Below are positions 1 through 13,983 of a stretch of 64,000 bases of DNA, one piece after another. Numbering within the stretch: the first letter of the stretch is position 1; every line of letters starts with the position of its first letter. The notes beneath the pieces are model-generated. The model saw only the letters and a program-made list of their open reading frames with translations, had not been told where the DNA came from and made no database searches. The position numbers were made by a program, and so were the translations under genes. Source of the DNA: the human T2T-CHM13v2.0 reference genome, Homo sapiens; NCBI RefSeq assembly GCF_009914755.1, contig NC_060935.1; one strand, 5' to 3'.

Positions 1-3000
1 AATTTTTCACCTGCCTGGAATCTTCTTTGCCTGAGAGACAATAGAGTGTGGTGAATATGAAACAGGTTCTGTAGACATGGTGACTTGGATTTGCCCAGCT
101 CTGTCATTTCCTAGCTATATACCCTTGAGTAGGTTAGTTTCTCATCATTATAATTGGGATAATCATCTCATTCCAGTTGTCAGAAGGACTAAATTATTTT
201 GTCATTGTTTTTGTTTACTCCTGGCCAACACCATACAATGGAAAATGTTGGGGTTGCATTTTAGAGACATATATAGCTAATTCAACCCCCAAGGCTCTGG
301 GACTTCAGTTCTTTCAGATATTCCTACATTCCCTCTGGAGAGCATTGAGAGGATAATTAAGAGCTTTTCAATTTAGCCATTTCCTTGGGTATTTGTAAAT
401 AAAACTGACATACTTGTTTGTCTCTATAGTAACTCACATCATGGTTGAAGGCATATAGGGCTACCTTTGCCAATAAGAACTGTTTTCTGACCATTCTTCA
501 GGCTACTCCTTTTATAGACGGTTCCAAAACTTTTCTCCTCTTTGGTCAGCAGGTCTTTTTTGAGTTTCTCCTTTTTTCCCGAAGGGTGCTGGCCAATAAT
601 CCCTGAATCATCTACCCTATACAATCATTGCCCCCCACATACTAAAAAATTTGGGGCTGCTGGCTTTTCTCATGTGTCTACATTCTTTTGGGTAATTGGG
701 CTGTTCTCAATGTTTTTGAGAGAAGCTTATAGGACATTTTTGTTCCTGCTCAATTCCCTAGTCTTAGAGATCTTAGAACATGGATAGGCATCAGATAATT
801 TATGTAAATTTTTGTGTATATATACGAGTATTTGCATGTGTATTTTAACAATTAGAAGTGACATATTGTTTATCAATTCTCCAGTTGTCGTTTGTCCTCC
901 AAAACATTAATAATCATTCCTAGTAGTCAGTTTCTGTATTCTATAGCAGTCGTGTAGGAATAAGTCTTTGAAGAGCTGGGGGCTCTTGATTCTCTTCTAA
1001 TGTGGGCTTGGGAAAGCACATCTTTATAATACCTGACTTCTCTTACCTTTCCTTTCCTTCCTTATCAATCTCTTTCTCTGTCCCCTCAGAACAAATTCTC
1101 ATCTCTACAGTGAGACCTCCGATGGGATGCAGCAGTGCCTGGCTGGCCCCTCATCCTCCTCACTCCTCTCTATCAAACATGGTCCCCCTTCTTCCTCAAA
1201 TGCTTTAAAAATCACCTCCTTTGTAATTCTCCTGTGTAAAGCCCATGTCACAGTCTTCCATTGTGTCTCCAGCATCTAGTACAGGGCCTACCACATAATA
1301 AACATTGATCACGAATGTTTACAGGTTGTCAGTAGTTTTCCTCCTTCGATTTAGAATTTCTGGATCTGTGATGCCATGTCTTCCCTTTCCTTTTATTTTG
1401 ACAGACTTTGTGCAGAGAAGAGGGTCTATTTTACCTTCCCTTCATCTATTTTACCTTCCCTGGCAGATGATGGCATGTTTTTAATCTCAGGGATGCTTTT
1501 AGAGGATGAAGTGAAACTACCTATATAGAGTGCTTAGCATGATGCCTAGCACATAGTGGTGATAAATAACTAATGGCTAATATTAACAGTAGTAGTCTAT
1601 AATTCATACCTTGGTAAAGGTTAGTGCTCATAAGCCTGTTATATTTGGCAGTAGTACTATTCCTATGCTGTATTGTAAATAGAACTTTTGCCACCATGTT
1701 TAGCAGCAAGTGGGTAGGTAATGGCTCCTGGCTCAGGCAGTGAAATTCATAGACATGAACACTGAAATGAAGCGAATCATTATCAGATGATGGGACCTTC
1801 AGACTCTTTGCTGTCCAGCTCAAGCAATGGGGAGGAGGCAACAGCTGCTTCTGATGCTTCCAGTAATTATGATGGAAGATTATTCAATTCCATATAGTAT
1901 CCAGGACTCGAAGGGAACAATCTGGGCTAAGTCAGCATGCGCCTAATGAAATCGCTTAGCTTGGGCTGTGGCCTTACCTACCACAAGCTGTGATCTACTG
2001 TGTGCTAGCAAAGCAGCCGTGGGAGATGATACTGCTTGGGAAAGGGAAATGCTTGGAAAAATTCACTCCTTTTATCGGCCTTCAAATTTCTGCTATGATC
2101 CAAGTGGCTTGAAGGCTGGCTTGGAAAATAACTAGTTCCCCATGGCCAGAGTGAGAGTTTCTATCTTTAAATGGAGGCACCTTACTTCCCCAACTTGCCT
2201 TCCCCAAATCAGGTGGCACTTTCTGCTGTGCCTGCTGGGGCCAGCACTTCGATGACTTCCCATCGCTCTCTACTGCTTCTGGCAAGCACCCACAGAAAAT
2301 GAGTCAGGTAGATTCACACATGGGTTTTCAATTAGATTCTCAATTTATTAATATGCTGCTGTGTGGTTGTCAGTGATGTGAATCTTATACAGTATCTAAG
2401 CAACTGATCCTGAGTCTTAGAGCCTGTTTATATGTCTCCTGCAACATGACACTGCCTCTTCCCTACAAACAGGAAATGGGTTGAGGCAAGTGGTCACTGG
2501 ACAGCAGATGATGGCTCACGTAATTATTATAAGATTGGCTTTATTAACCTTTCCCTATGTTTTACAAGAGGAGGAATGCTGGAAGTTTGTAGGAATATGA
2601 CATGGAGGCATTTCGGATTTTGTGAGAGTACATATGTCAGAATGAGAGGTGAGCACAGTCATTATGCCCGATGAATCTAGCCACCTCCATTAAAGGCTCC
2701 TTCCTAGAATGTGTGTCTATTTCAGTGCATTATGTGCATCCATTTGCTTTGGCTTTCTGGCCCATGCTATGTGGTATCCCTACACAGATGTCTTAGCAAT
2801 ATGGAATGTCTCCTCATGTACTTGATGAAGATATGTACTGGAACCAACATTGACTGACTAATAGCCTAAATTTTTACCTGGATTTCTTTTTTCTTTCATT
2901 GCTACATGATTTGCATTTGGCTGACATGGAGAGAACGGGGTTAAAGATGACTGATTTGCTTGTTAATTTAATAGAATTGATAGTTAAAAAAACAATAAAA

Positions 3001-3421
3001 CAAGCAAGCAAACAAAATTAATTTCTTTTTCAAAGTAAATTGTCTGCTTGTTGGGCTGAATTTGATTAAATCATCTGGTGGTTCTGGCATCATGTAGACA
3101 GCACACCATAATCTTATGTGTCAAGCTAATGAACATTGAAATGAATCGATGAAACATCTGTTTCCAATGAAGGAAACACTAACGTGTCATGTAAATGGCA
3201 ACCCCTACACAACACCAGATGATTTTTTCTCTTGTCCTTAGCAGCGGCTGAGGAGTGGGATTATAGGAAGTCATCGTTATCTGTGATTTGACGAGACTCT
3301 ATTGCAAGTATCCTTCTTGGAGGCACACAGTAAGTTTGTTTACCAATATCAACTGAACACCTAGAGTGTGCTCATAGCAGTATATTTGCTTCTTGTAGGA
3401 GGAAAAAGTTAAAAGATGACC

Positions 3422-4320
3422 TGGGCCAGGCTTGCCCTTCACATCTGTGGGACTCAGGGAAAGAGTGCAAATGTAGGTCTAGAAGACATAAGTATTTATT
3501 TATTTATTCATTCATTTGAGACAAAGTCTTGCTCTGTCACCCAGGCTGGAGTGCAGTGGCACAATCTTGCTCACCACAACCTCCGCCTCCCAGGTTCAAA
3601 GGATTCTGTTGCCTCAACCTCCCAAGTAGCTGGGATTACAGGCACGTGCCCCTACCCCGGCTAATTTTTGTATGTTTAGTAGACAAGGTTTCACCGTATT
3701 GGCCAGGCTGGTCTTGAACTCCTGACCTCAAGTGATCTGCCTGCCTCGGCCTCCCAAAGTGCTGGAATTATAGGTGTGAGCCACTGTGCCCAACCTATAA
3801 GATATAGGTCTTTAGAAGTTGCAAATCATACCCACAAATGTTTACATAAAGTATACACAAAATATAATCCATCTTTGTTGACAAATATGATTTTATATTA
3901 TCCTGGAATGCCAGACTGAAATTTAACATTCTTGGGTTAATCATAATTCTATATTGATACCTGGTGATGTAGGGAAAGCTATCTTTCGGCCCCCATCTCC
4001 TAGACCATGGCATTCCATCTTTATCTTTCCATTTCCAGCTCCTTTTCACACAAAAACAGATACCTAAGTCTGCGTATCCAAGCTCCACCAATATCACTTA
4101 AGCCACTGCCCCTGCCAACCTTTGGCTGTGTACATCACTGGTGCAGCTGATTCTGGGGAGTTTCCCAGGATCCAGGGCCCTTAGGCTATTTGGGCAGGAA
4201 ATTCTGAAGTCCTAGATAACCAAAACGTGATCAAGAAGAGGGGCCATCAGCTTCTGGTGGTCAGGTCCTTTTGGATCATAAAGTGGGACATCGCTGGAAA
4301 AAGGTATTGCTTGCGTCTGC
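3422..4320 (+). mobile_element. MER115/Zaphod-like hAT-Tip100 DNA transposon remnant, interrupted by the Alu at 3493-3795
   Basis: GGGCCAGGC...TGTGGGACTCAGGGAAAGAGTGCAAATG and TTGACAAATAT...CCTGGAATGCCAG resemble the recalled MER115 consensus; 3' boundary approximate. Confidence 0.5.
3493..3795 (-). mobile_element. Full-length AluS (Sx/Sz-like)
   Basis: Reverse-complement Alu dimer with (TTTA/TTCA)n decayed tail, CCTGACCTCAAGTGATC, degenerate TSD AAGACATAAGT/AAGATATAGGT. Confidence 0.95.
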
Positions 4321-5109
4321 GTGGTACTAAATTTTTCTCAATCATAAAATTTCTTAATTTATATCTCTGCTTCAGCTTTTCTTCCCTCCAACAAGTTTAC
4401 ATTGAGTCTGTTGGTTGGTTAGCTCTTAGCCAGTTAGAACTTTACCCAGCATCCCTTGATTTTCTTATTAACTCCAAGTTGACTACACAATATGGCACTC
4501 CTCATACCCACATAAAACAGTGTTGGGCAGTGATTTAAAGGCAGAGCTTAGACTTACGCTGTCTTATTTACAGCTGTTTAGTTAACCTCTCAGAATCTGT
4601 ATATTGGGAGTACTAACCCTTAGTCCATAAGGAGAAAATGAAGATTACATGAGAAAAAAATGTAACACAGTGCCCACTAAGTACTGTCAATAATGGCTAA
4701 TAGTAGTACTAATGATTATTCTTGTTATTCTGTTATTATTGTTAGTGATTAAGAATGAGGACGATTCTGAAGTAGGGCTGACTTAAGTTGAATTCTTGAT
4801 TTTTGTGTTATCTTCACTGTGTGACCAAAGGCAAATTACTAAAGCTATATGTACTTAATCTATAGATTGGAGTTAATAATTGATCTTATTTAATAAGGTT
4901 GATGTCAAGATTAAATGAACTAATATGTGAAAATTGCTTAGATATATGCACAGAGTATATACTCAATAGTAATTATTATACCACTTCCTCTCAGCCTTTG
5001 AAGGTGATTTTAAGCTTTGGCTTTGGTGGGAGGAACCAGCAGCTCTTTTATAGGTTAAGTCAGAACACTTTAAGCATCTTTCCTACACGAGCACCCCCTG
5101 CTGCCTTCA

Positions 5110-5474
<365 letters not shown>

Positions 5475-5698
5475 CTATACCTGTGAAGAAACTCAGCTAA
5501 GTGTAGGGAAAAGACACAAAAACGGTGAGCATTTTATAAAGCTGGAGTAGTTATATAGCAGTTACATCTATTCTGATGAACTTGCTGTCACTTCATTTTA
5601 TTCAAACTTCTATCTACTTTTATCAGAGGATGAGTTTATTTTTCCTTTAGGCATTCAGAAACATTTTATATGGATACAGAAGCGGTGTTGGAGAAGGG

Positions 5699-5699
5699 G

Positions 5700-5731
<32 letters not shown>

Positions 5732-5736
5732 CGTGC
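5699..5736. repeat. (GT)n microsatellite
   Basis: GT run with one TT interruption. Confidence 0.95.
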
Positions 5737-6746
5737 ATTCCTCTTTATTTCTATATCTGAAATTCTACATTTGGCTAAATTAGGACAACCTATGGGTTGT
5801 CCCTTATGAGAAAATTTGTTTTTTACTGTAGTGGTGGGAACAGATAGAAATTAATTTGTGCAACATACCACATTCACTCAGTAAGTCTTTGGAAATGAGG
5901 GCAGGGTGTTTTTCTTGGTCTTAGGATATTTGGTCTGAATTCATTGAAGGGAGCCCAGCTATTAATATACAGCCTAGCCAGAGTGGGAAGCATCCATTAA
6001 ACACAGCCTTCCTTATTTAAAACAGTAATCCAACAATCTAAGTCAAATGACAATGAATTGATTTGACATACCAGTGAAATATTTTTTCCTTGACTTTTAT
6101 TTTAAATTTCAAATGTTTCTTCTATATCTGGAGCCATGGAAGAACACATGAGTTAAATGAGTGAGTTGACCATAGAAAATTTTTTAAAACTGAGATATAA
6201 TTATGCTACTTATTTTTCAAAAGCACTCTTTGTTCTGTTTCCTACTTTGCCAGCTAAACGTGAAATTCCTTAATTTTATTTAAATATAAGAACTATCTGG
6301 TAATTTTAAGGTGGATAAACAAAGCCAGAAGAAAGCATGTCATGTTAAAATCATACAACTTATTGATGATAGAAGGGAAATGAAAACCAAGGTTAATTGA
6401 TCGATGTTAATATCAATCAGTGTTTTATATATTGAAAACATTTTGTGAAGCATTAAGTTATGGTGAGATTTTTAGTGTATTAAGTAACTCAGAAATAAGT
6501 GATTCCTTGTTAAATAAACACATAGAGTTAACACTTTGGATAGTGGCTTCCACCTATACCTTGGGGTTTAAGGATAGAAGTAAACAATCAGACATGAAAG
6601 GTCTTATATAGACTTTATCCGTATTTTCTAAGAATGACCATTTTTGACCATTTAAGGAAAGCCAACCTAAACCAGTAACTTTTGAGGCTTAGAAACAATT
6701 TGGGGAGCGAATACAGGTCTGGTCAGTGGAACTCTACATTGTCTAC

Positions 6747-7059
<313 letters not shown>

Positions 7060-8227
7060 TTCCATTGTCTTTTTAATTAAAAAATGATCTAATAACTGAT
7101 GCATTAAATAACGCAGTAATAGGTCTAGCCAACTATTTGAAAGATTTCTGGGGCTTAAAATTAATTTAAAAAATACTGGTATGTGTACAATCTTCTAATT
7201 GTCAGTGTAAAATGTCTCATTTTTAGGCAATGCTGAACAGTTCTTTAAACTGTGCTCATGATCCAGGTAACACATTGCCCAGAGGTGACCCTACAGCTTG
7301 GTATCTTTCTGATTTTCCTGAGCCTGAGGGTACTGAGGGAAATGCTGGGAAATGTCTAACCTCTTGAAAATAGCTTTGGGATTAGGGTAGTTAAAAAAAT
7401 TAAAAGGCGAGGGCATGCCAACAAAGTAAAGATTTTTCTCCATTGGGAGATGTGTGAGCATATCTGACAACATTCTGAAATTTTTTAATTAGCAGCACAG
7501 TAAGATATTAAACTACACTATAACCAAGACACTCTTACATCAATGATCCAAAACATCTGCTATTGGGGGGTCAGTGTGTGCAGTTTTGCTCTTTCTTTCT
7601 GTAATTCCAGCATATATTCCGAAACAGCTAAAAAAGAAAAAGGTGTAAAATAGTCTCCACTGTTTTGGATAACATGAAAAGAAAGCAGATGGGTTTTAAT
7701 CATAGATTCTAAAAAGGATTAGGCATTTTGGACAATCAGAACAAAAAATAAATGGTAGAATTTAAATTATGGCCATACATGTCTTCAACTTGTTCAAGGG
7801 AAGAGCCAATCAAAGTTGTCTCTAATAATGATGTTCTGTGTGGTCACAATGTCTGCGTCTGGATAACAAAACCATATAGAATCATGATAAAGAATCATGA
7901 TAAAGAATCACAATTATGGAGACCTTAGAAATGACACCTCTTAGCACCTACTTGTTGGGTAGAATCTTACAGATTCTCCTACTGATATTACCATACCTCC
8001 GTTGCATTCTTCCAGGGAAAGGGAATTTATTAAAATTCAAGCCTCACAATTCCACTTGTGCTCAAACACTGGTTTTTGATTTTTTTTTCTTGATCTGAGT
8101 ATGACATCTCTGTAGCAACTCATCTCGTAAAATGTGTAAGTATGGAGCCACTTTGGTAAGACAGTGTTCAGAGTCCTGCCAATTGAATATCTCTTTTGGA
8201 AATTCCTTTGGAATCTAGATTCCAGAG

Positions 8228-8445
8228 CAGTGGTTTTCAATTGGGATGATGTTGTCCCCCAGGGTCCATTTGGCAATGTCTATAGGCATTTTTGGATTGC
8301 ACAACTGGGTGCCACTGCATTAAGTGGGTGAAATTCAGGGACGCTGGCTCTATAATGATTATAATCCTATAATGTACAGGAAACCTCCTATAACAAATAA
8401 TCATCCAACTCAAAATGTTAATAGTGCCAAGGCCAAGAAATCCTG
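8228..8445 (+). mobile_element. MER20 (hAT-Charlie MITE)
   Basis: CAGTGGTTTTCAA...CCCCCAGGGTCCATTTGGCAATGTC...AAAATGTTAATAGTGCCAAGG...GAAATCCTG follows MER20 end to end. Confidence 0.85.
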
Positions 8446-9035
8446 CCATAAGCAATAAAAAATAAGTCTAAGCTCTTTTTTGCACGAGAGACCTTTTGAT
8501 ATGTGAAGACAGTTATAATCTCAGCTTCTTCTTGTTCAGGCTTTGTAATATTTGTAATTATATTTGTAATTATATTATATTAAATATGGTAATTAGTTTG
8601 TAATTACATTTGTAATTACTTCAGTTGTTGTTCTCAATGTGCAGACAGCCTCCAGAGTCCCTCCTTGGGACATCCTTTAATTTCTCAAAGTCCTGTTCAT
8701 AATTACATATTCAAACATGCAAAATTTCCCATATGTGTTCTCACTGAGTTTAGCATAGCAGTGCTCAGAAAACACTTGCAAAAGGATAAATGGGTCCATG
8801 AGGCAGTAAATCAAAGAAAAGAAGAAGAATAAGAAAATGTAGAGCGTTGAAATTCCCTAATGAGGTCCTTCGTTTATGAAGATTAAAAAGAAAAATCAAA
8901 GACTTTATGTGCATTGGTAGAAATGACACAGGATGCATACAATACCTCAAAGCTCCAGTAGGGGGAGCCCAGTCACTAATTGAAAGACTGCACGGAAGTG
9001 TTAGGGTTTAACTACGACTTTCTTAAAAACTTCCA

Positions 9036-9434
<399 letters not shown>

Positions 9435-11439
9435 TTAATTGTTCAACCTAAGCACAGGCATGGTTTCTTTTTCATGGCTGTTCCATTGGGAAACTCAAAC
9501 CCATCCACTTTCATGGCGGCAGATACCATTTCATGAGAGTGCACCTATTTAAAGGCAGTTATTAGACTTCTTGAGCAATAGGACATGCAAAGTTTAGATT
9601 TCACAATGGAGCAGAAAGAGTTTGTGGGGTCGTTGGAGAGAAAAACTATCCCCTTATTCATTGAATTCTGTCCTGTGTGAGATGGTCACCTATTTTAGGT
9701 GAATTCATGAACTGTCAGCTGTCAGGGGGGATGTGTGCAGTGTGTGAGCCACCCTATTCCACTCCTCACTGTGCCTCCGTCAACATGGGCATTCCTCCTC
9801 AATCTTACTGATGTCATGGGTTAGGTCAGAAAATATAATTTCTTCAGATTCTAAGGATCATTTCCTGTCTTAAAGAGCAAAGTTTACTTTATATTCAGAT
9901 TGATTGTGAGCGAATGGAGGAAGCAATTAGGAGATTCCAGACACAACAGGGCCATGTCTCTCTTAAGGATAATCACCAGGGGTGGGAGGCATGGCCGGTT
10001 TCAGTTCTTCCCTACAAAATTCCATTGCCAGGAATGACTTGCTTTGGAACATTCTCTCCAATCATTGTCTACCCATGTGTGATGCCTGTTTATCCTTTTC
10101 CTATCTGACCCCAATAAGTTCCCAAGGCACTTCGCTACTGTTCTTTGTCAATGACAAATGGTTGTTTAATCTAGACATCCATATATTGCTGCTTCTCATG
10201 CTCCTGATCAGAAGCAGGAGGCCAGTATGATTGAGTTGCTCACTCCCCCAAAACCAGAAGTTCACACGTGAATTTATTCAGCTTCTATGAATTCTGATTC
10301 TCCAGCAACAGAAGGGCCAAGCCTAACAATTTTTCTGAAGAGGTTTTGGCATAGCAGGAAAAACATGGAATTTTGAATCAGAGACCTAAATTCCAGACCC
10401 TGCTCTTCAACTTGGTGTTCAATAGTTACTTAATTTTCTCACCTCTATACTTTTCAAATAAAGTAATAAATATTATGTAATAAAGAAATATATGCTATTT
10501 TTTCAAATAAAGTAATATACCTACTTATTTTTGAAGCAAAAATAGTAATGCCACAAAAAATCACTTTTTACATTGAAAATGGCATACGCATATTTATATG
10601 TTATGCTGCAAGTAGATTATGTTTAAGATATCTCAGTTGAATACTAGTATGACACTATTAGAAATTAAAGTTGTTACATCATTCTGAATACTTCTTAGGG
10701 AAATATCCTAGAAGTTAATTACAAGGAGATGGGATAATGGAATGACTTCATATGGGGCTGTGATAAAAACAAGTGGGAACTAGAGTTAAAGGAGGTAGAA
10801 TACCAGAGGAAATGTTACTCTAAAGAAGAGAACAGAGATAAAGAAAGATTGTTTTGCAAAAGAAAAGGCTCTCCAAATAAACTCAAAAGAACCTGCTATT
10901 AGGTATTAGCTTTATGTAGCAAGCTAAGGTTAACAATCTATTCAAAGATTACAAACTGATTATCTAGCTGAGAATAAAGCAGGATACACAGAAATAAAGC
11001 TGAATTTTGGAAACTCAGTTAATAAGTGACAGAGAGGAATAGATTCTTGGGTTTGTCTCATTTCCACCACTCAACCTTAGGGAAATTGATCGACCTCTCT
11101 AAATTTCAGTTTCCTAATGTATAAAGTGAGGCGATTGGTCCATGAGATGCTGTGTAATAATCTGACCCATTTTTACATAAATTTTTTAAACCTATATGAC
11201 CTTTACTATTCAGAATTTCTCCTTCTTTGTCCCTAGTTTTGTTTAAATTATTTACTTACGTTTAAAATAAAACTATTTTCACTGCTCTTATATTACAATT
11301 TTACATAAAACATGCTACAGTTGTAGATCTTCAGGAATCGTTCATTTCTAGACTTGGAGATGTCCATGTCCAAAAAACTTTGTGATGTGGGTGGATTTCA
11401 CCTTGTCCTCGTTTGGAGTTTGGAAGAATCTCAAACTGA

Positions 11440-11587
11440 TTCTGGTTAGTTCCAACCTTTAGGTGCTGAGTGCTTTTTTTTTTTTACACTGCTCCTTCAG
11501 GGAATTTAGAGTTTCTACATCTGTTTTAGAGACTTAAGCATGGAAGAGAGCATTATAAATATAGGGTCGTTTGCATGGGCCAAGCAA
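11440..11587 (+). repeat. Donor copy of a ~148-bp local duplication (partner 13370-13516)
   Basis: Direct visual alignment: 6 substitutions plus a 1-nt poly-T length difference. Confidence 0.97.
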
Positions 11588-11721
11588 TGTCTTACATCAT
11601 TATTGGCCACCATGTCTGCTGGGTAACTGATGTGCAATGTGCAGGTAACTGTTGATGAGATGCTCTCACCCTGTGGCAAAGAGAAGGAAAACTAATACTA
11701 TACCTCAGCCCAGGCTACTTG

Positions 11722-12339
11722 TGTCAGAGGAGTTCAAACCAGAGCGAACCCATCTTGAATACGGGTTGGGTAAAATAAGGCTGAGACCTAGTGGGCTGCA
11801 TTCCCAGGAGGTTAAGGCATTCTTAGTCACAAGATGAGATAGGAGGTTGGTACAAGATACAGGTCACAAAGACCTGGCTGGTAAAACAGCATGCAATAAA
11901 GAAGCCGGCCAAATACCACCAAAACCAAGATGGTGATGAAAGTGACCTCTGGTCATCCTCACTGCTCATGATACACTAATTATAATGCATTAACACCAGT
12001 GCCATGACAGTTTACAAATGCCATGACATCATCAGGAAGTTACCCTATGTGGTTGGAAAAGAGAAGGAATCCTCAGTTTCGGGAATTGCCCACTCCCTTC
12101 CCAAGAACTTGTGAATAATCCACAACTTGTTTAGCATTATAATCAAGAAGTAACAATAACTGTAAGCAGGTGAGCAGCCCTTGCGGCTGCTCTGCCTAAG
12201 GAGTAGCCGTTCTTTTGTTTCTTTACTTCTCCAGTAAACTCACTTTCATGTTACTCTACCAATTTGCCTGAAATTCTTTCTTGTGTGAGATCCAAGAACC
12301 CACTCTTGGGGTCTGGAATGGGACTCCTTTCCAGTAACA
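11722..12339 (+). mobile_element. MER41B-like solo LTR (ERV1)
   Basis: TGTCAGAGG...CCAGAGCGAACCCATCTTGAAT start, GTAACA end, 618 bp, retains the tandem GAS region characteristic of MER41B. Confidence 0.88.
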
Positions 12340-13101
12340 CCAGGGCACTCATTTAAATGACAAGGGCAGTCTGTGGGGGTTACCTGGGTTTCCTTATGGC
12401 TCACGTGGAGGTGGGAGGTCCTACATTTTGCCTCTTCTTGTATTCCATCTCCTAGTTCTCCTTGTCCTCCTCAAGTGCCCTTTTTTAGCTCTACCCTCCT
12501 GGATAAAGCAACCTTAATTTTCCGTTTTGGGTGAAGTTATTTAGCTGTTCATCTACATTTCTCCTAATCTCTTTCTTGTGAATGAATTTTATGTTCTGCT
12601 TCTTTAGGCCTTTCCTCTGTGACACAAAATCTTTTCTCACTTTTTTAAAAAAACTTCTTTAACATTTCAGTTCTCACTTTAACACTTTGGCTTTCAAGAG
12701 TACTGTCTTTGAAACAAGCTTCAAGTGACTATTTTGGAAGTCAAATACTGAATAGTGATGCTTTTTCTCTATGCCTTCCACCTCTAACAACCCTAATTCT
12801 TCTGCAGGCAATGGATGTCTCTGCTGAATAGCAGTTAGTACAAAAAAAGGCAAAGCACAGGGACAGATTTTAAAGTATTTTCTCACAACAAAACTACAAG
12901 GCTACTCATACAGACACACAATTCACTGATTCTGACAGGTAGACTTTTTTATTTTCTTTCTTAGTATATATATTTAAGGTGTATAACATGCTGTTTTGAT
13001 ATATATTAAACAGTGAAAGGATTACTTCAGTTAAGCAAATTAACTTACCCATCACCTTTCATAGTTATCACGCTTGTGTGTATGGTAAGAACACCTACAA
13101 T

Positions 13102-13983
13102 TGTAATTGCCCAATGCATTCTTCCTGCCTGCTCCCCAGATAAAGCCGATTTATCAAGACTGAGGAATTGCAACAGAGAAAGGGTTTAATACATACAGAG
13201 CTGACTAAATGAGAGAGTGGAATTTTACTATTCCTCTAACCAGCCTCCTGGAAAATTTAGAGGCTAGGGTTTTTCAAAGATAGTTTGGCAACCAGTGGGT
13301 AAGGTATGGGTGCTGCTGATTGGTTGGGGATGCAATTAATAGGGGTGTGGAAAAGTACTATGATTTCGCTTCTGGTTAGTTCCAACCTCTAGGTGCTAAG
13401 TGCTTTTTTTTTTTACACTGCTCCTTCAGGGAATTTAGAGTTCCTACATCTGTTTTAGAGACTTAAGCATGGAAGAGGGCATTATAAATATAGGGTAGTT
13501 TGCATGGGCCGAGCAAGAGTTACATGTGGAGAGTTACAGGACTGGTTAGGTCCAGAGTTGAGGGTCTGAGTGGGGCCATCCTGTCCTTAGAAATGAGAAA
13601 GCCTGAAAGGCATCTCAAAAGGGCAATATTAGGTTCTATAATAGTGATGTTAATTACAGGAGTGATTGGGGAGGTTGCAAATCTTGTGACCTCCAGAATA
13701 ATGGCTGGTAATTGGTTAACTAGGCCTACATCTTAGTAGAATTCAGGCCCTCTCTCTTCCTAACCTGGTGGCCTTTCATTAGTTTTACAAAGAAGATTTA
13801 GTTTTTGGGAAGGGCTATTACCATTTAACTTATAAACTAAATTTCTCCCAAAGTTAGCTTGGCCCATGCCCAGGAATAACCAAGGGCAGTTTGGAGGTTA
13901 AAGACAAAATGGAGTTGGTTAGATCAGGTCTCTTTCACTGTCATAATATTCTCACTGTTAGAATTTTTACAAAGGTGGTTTCA
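13102..13983 (-). mobile_element. LTR8-family solo LTR (LTR8A/B-like, ERV1) containing a foreign 147-bp insert
   Basis: Reverse strand starts TGAAACCACCTTTG and ends GGGCAATTACA; 4-bp TSD CAAT/AAAT. Confidence 0.88.
13370..13516 (+). repeat. Inserted copy of 11440-11587 inside LTR8
   Basis: Near-identical to sequence 1930 bp upstream; not LTR-like; flanked by LTR8 sequence on both sides. Confidence 0.95.

Noticed and set aside
439-780. Lys-rich minus-strand ORF as a possible processed pseudogene
   Set aside because: I recognise no protein; upstream frame has stops; no poly-A or TSD
5783-5802. Hairpin GGACAACC-TATG-GGTTGTCC (and TTATTCCTA-T-TAGGAATAA at 15441-15459)
   Set aside because: Short stems at chance frequency with no supporting context
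7878-8620. Short repeats (AGAATCATGATAA x2.5; scattered TTTGTAATTA) as a CRISPR-like array
   Set aside because: Simple slippage repeats without regular unique spacers, in a mammalian context
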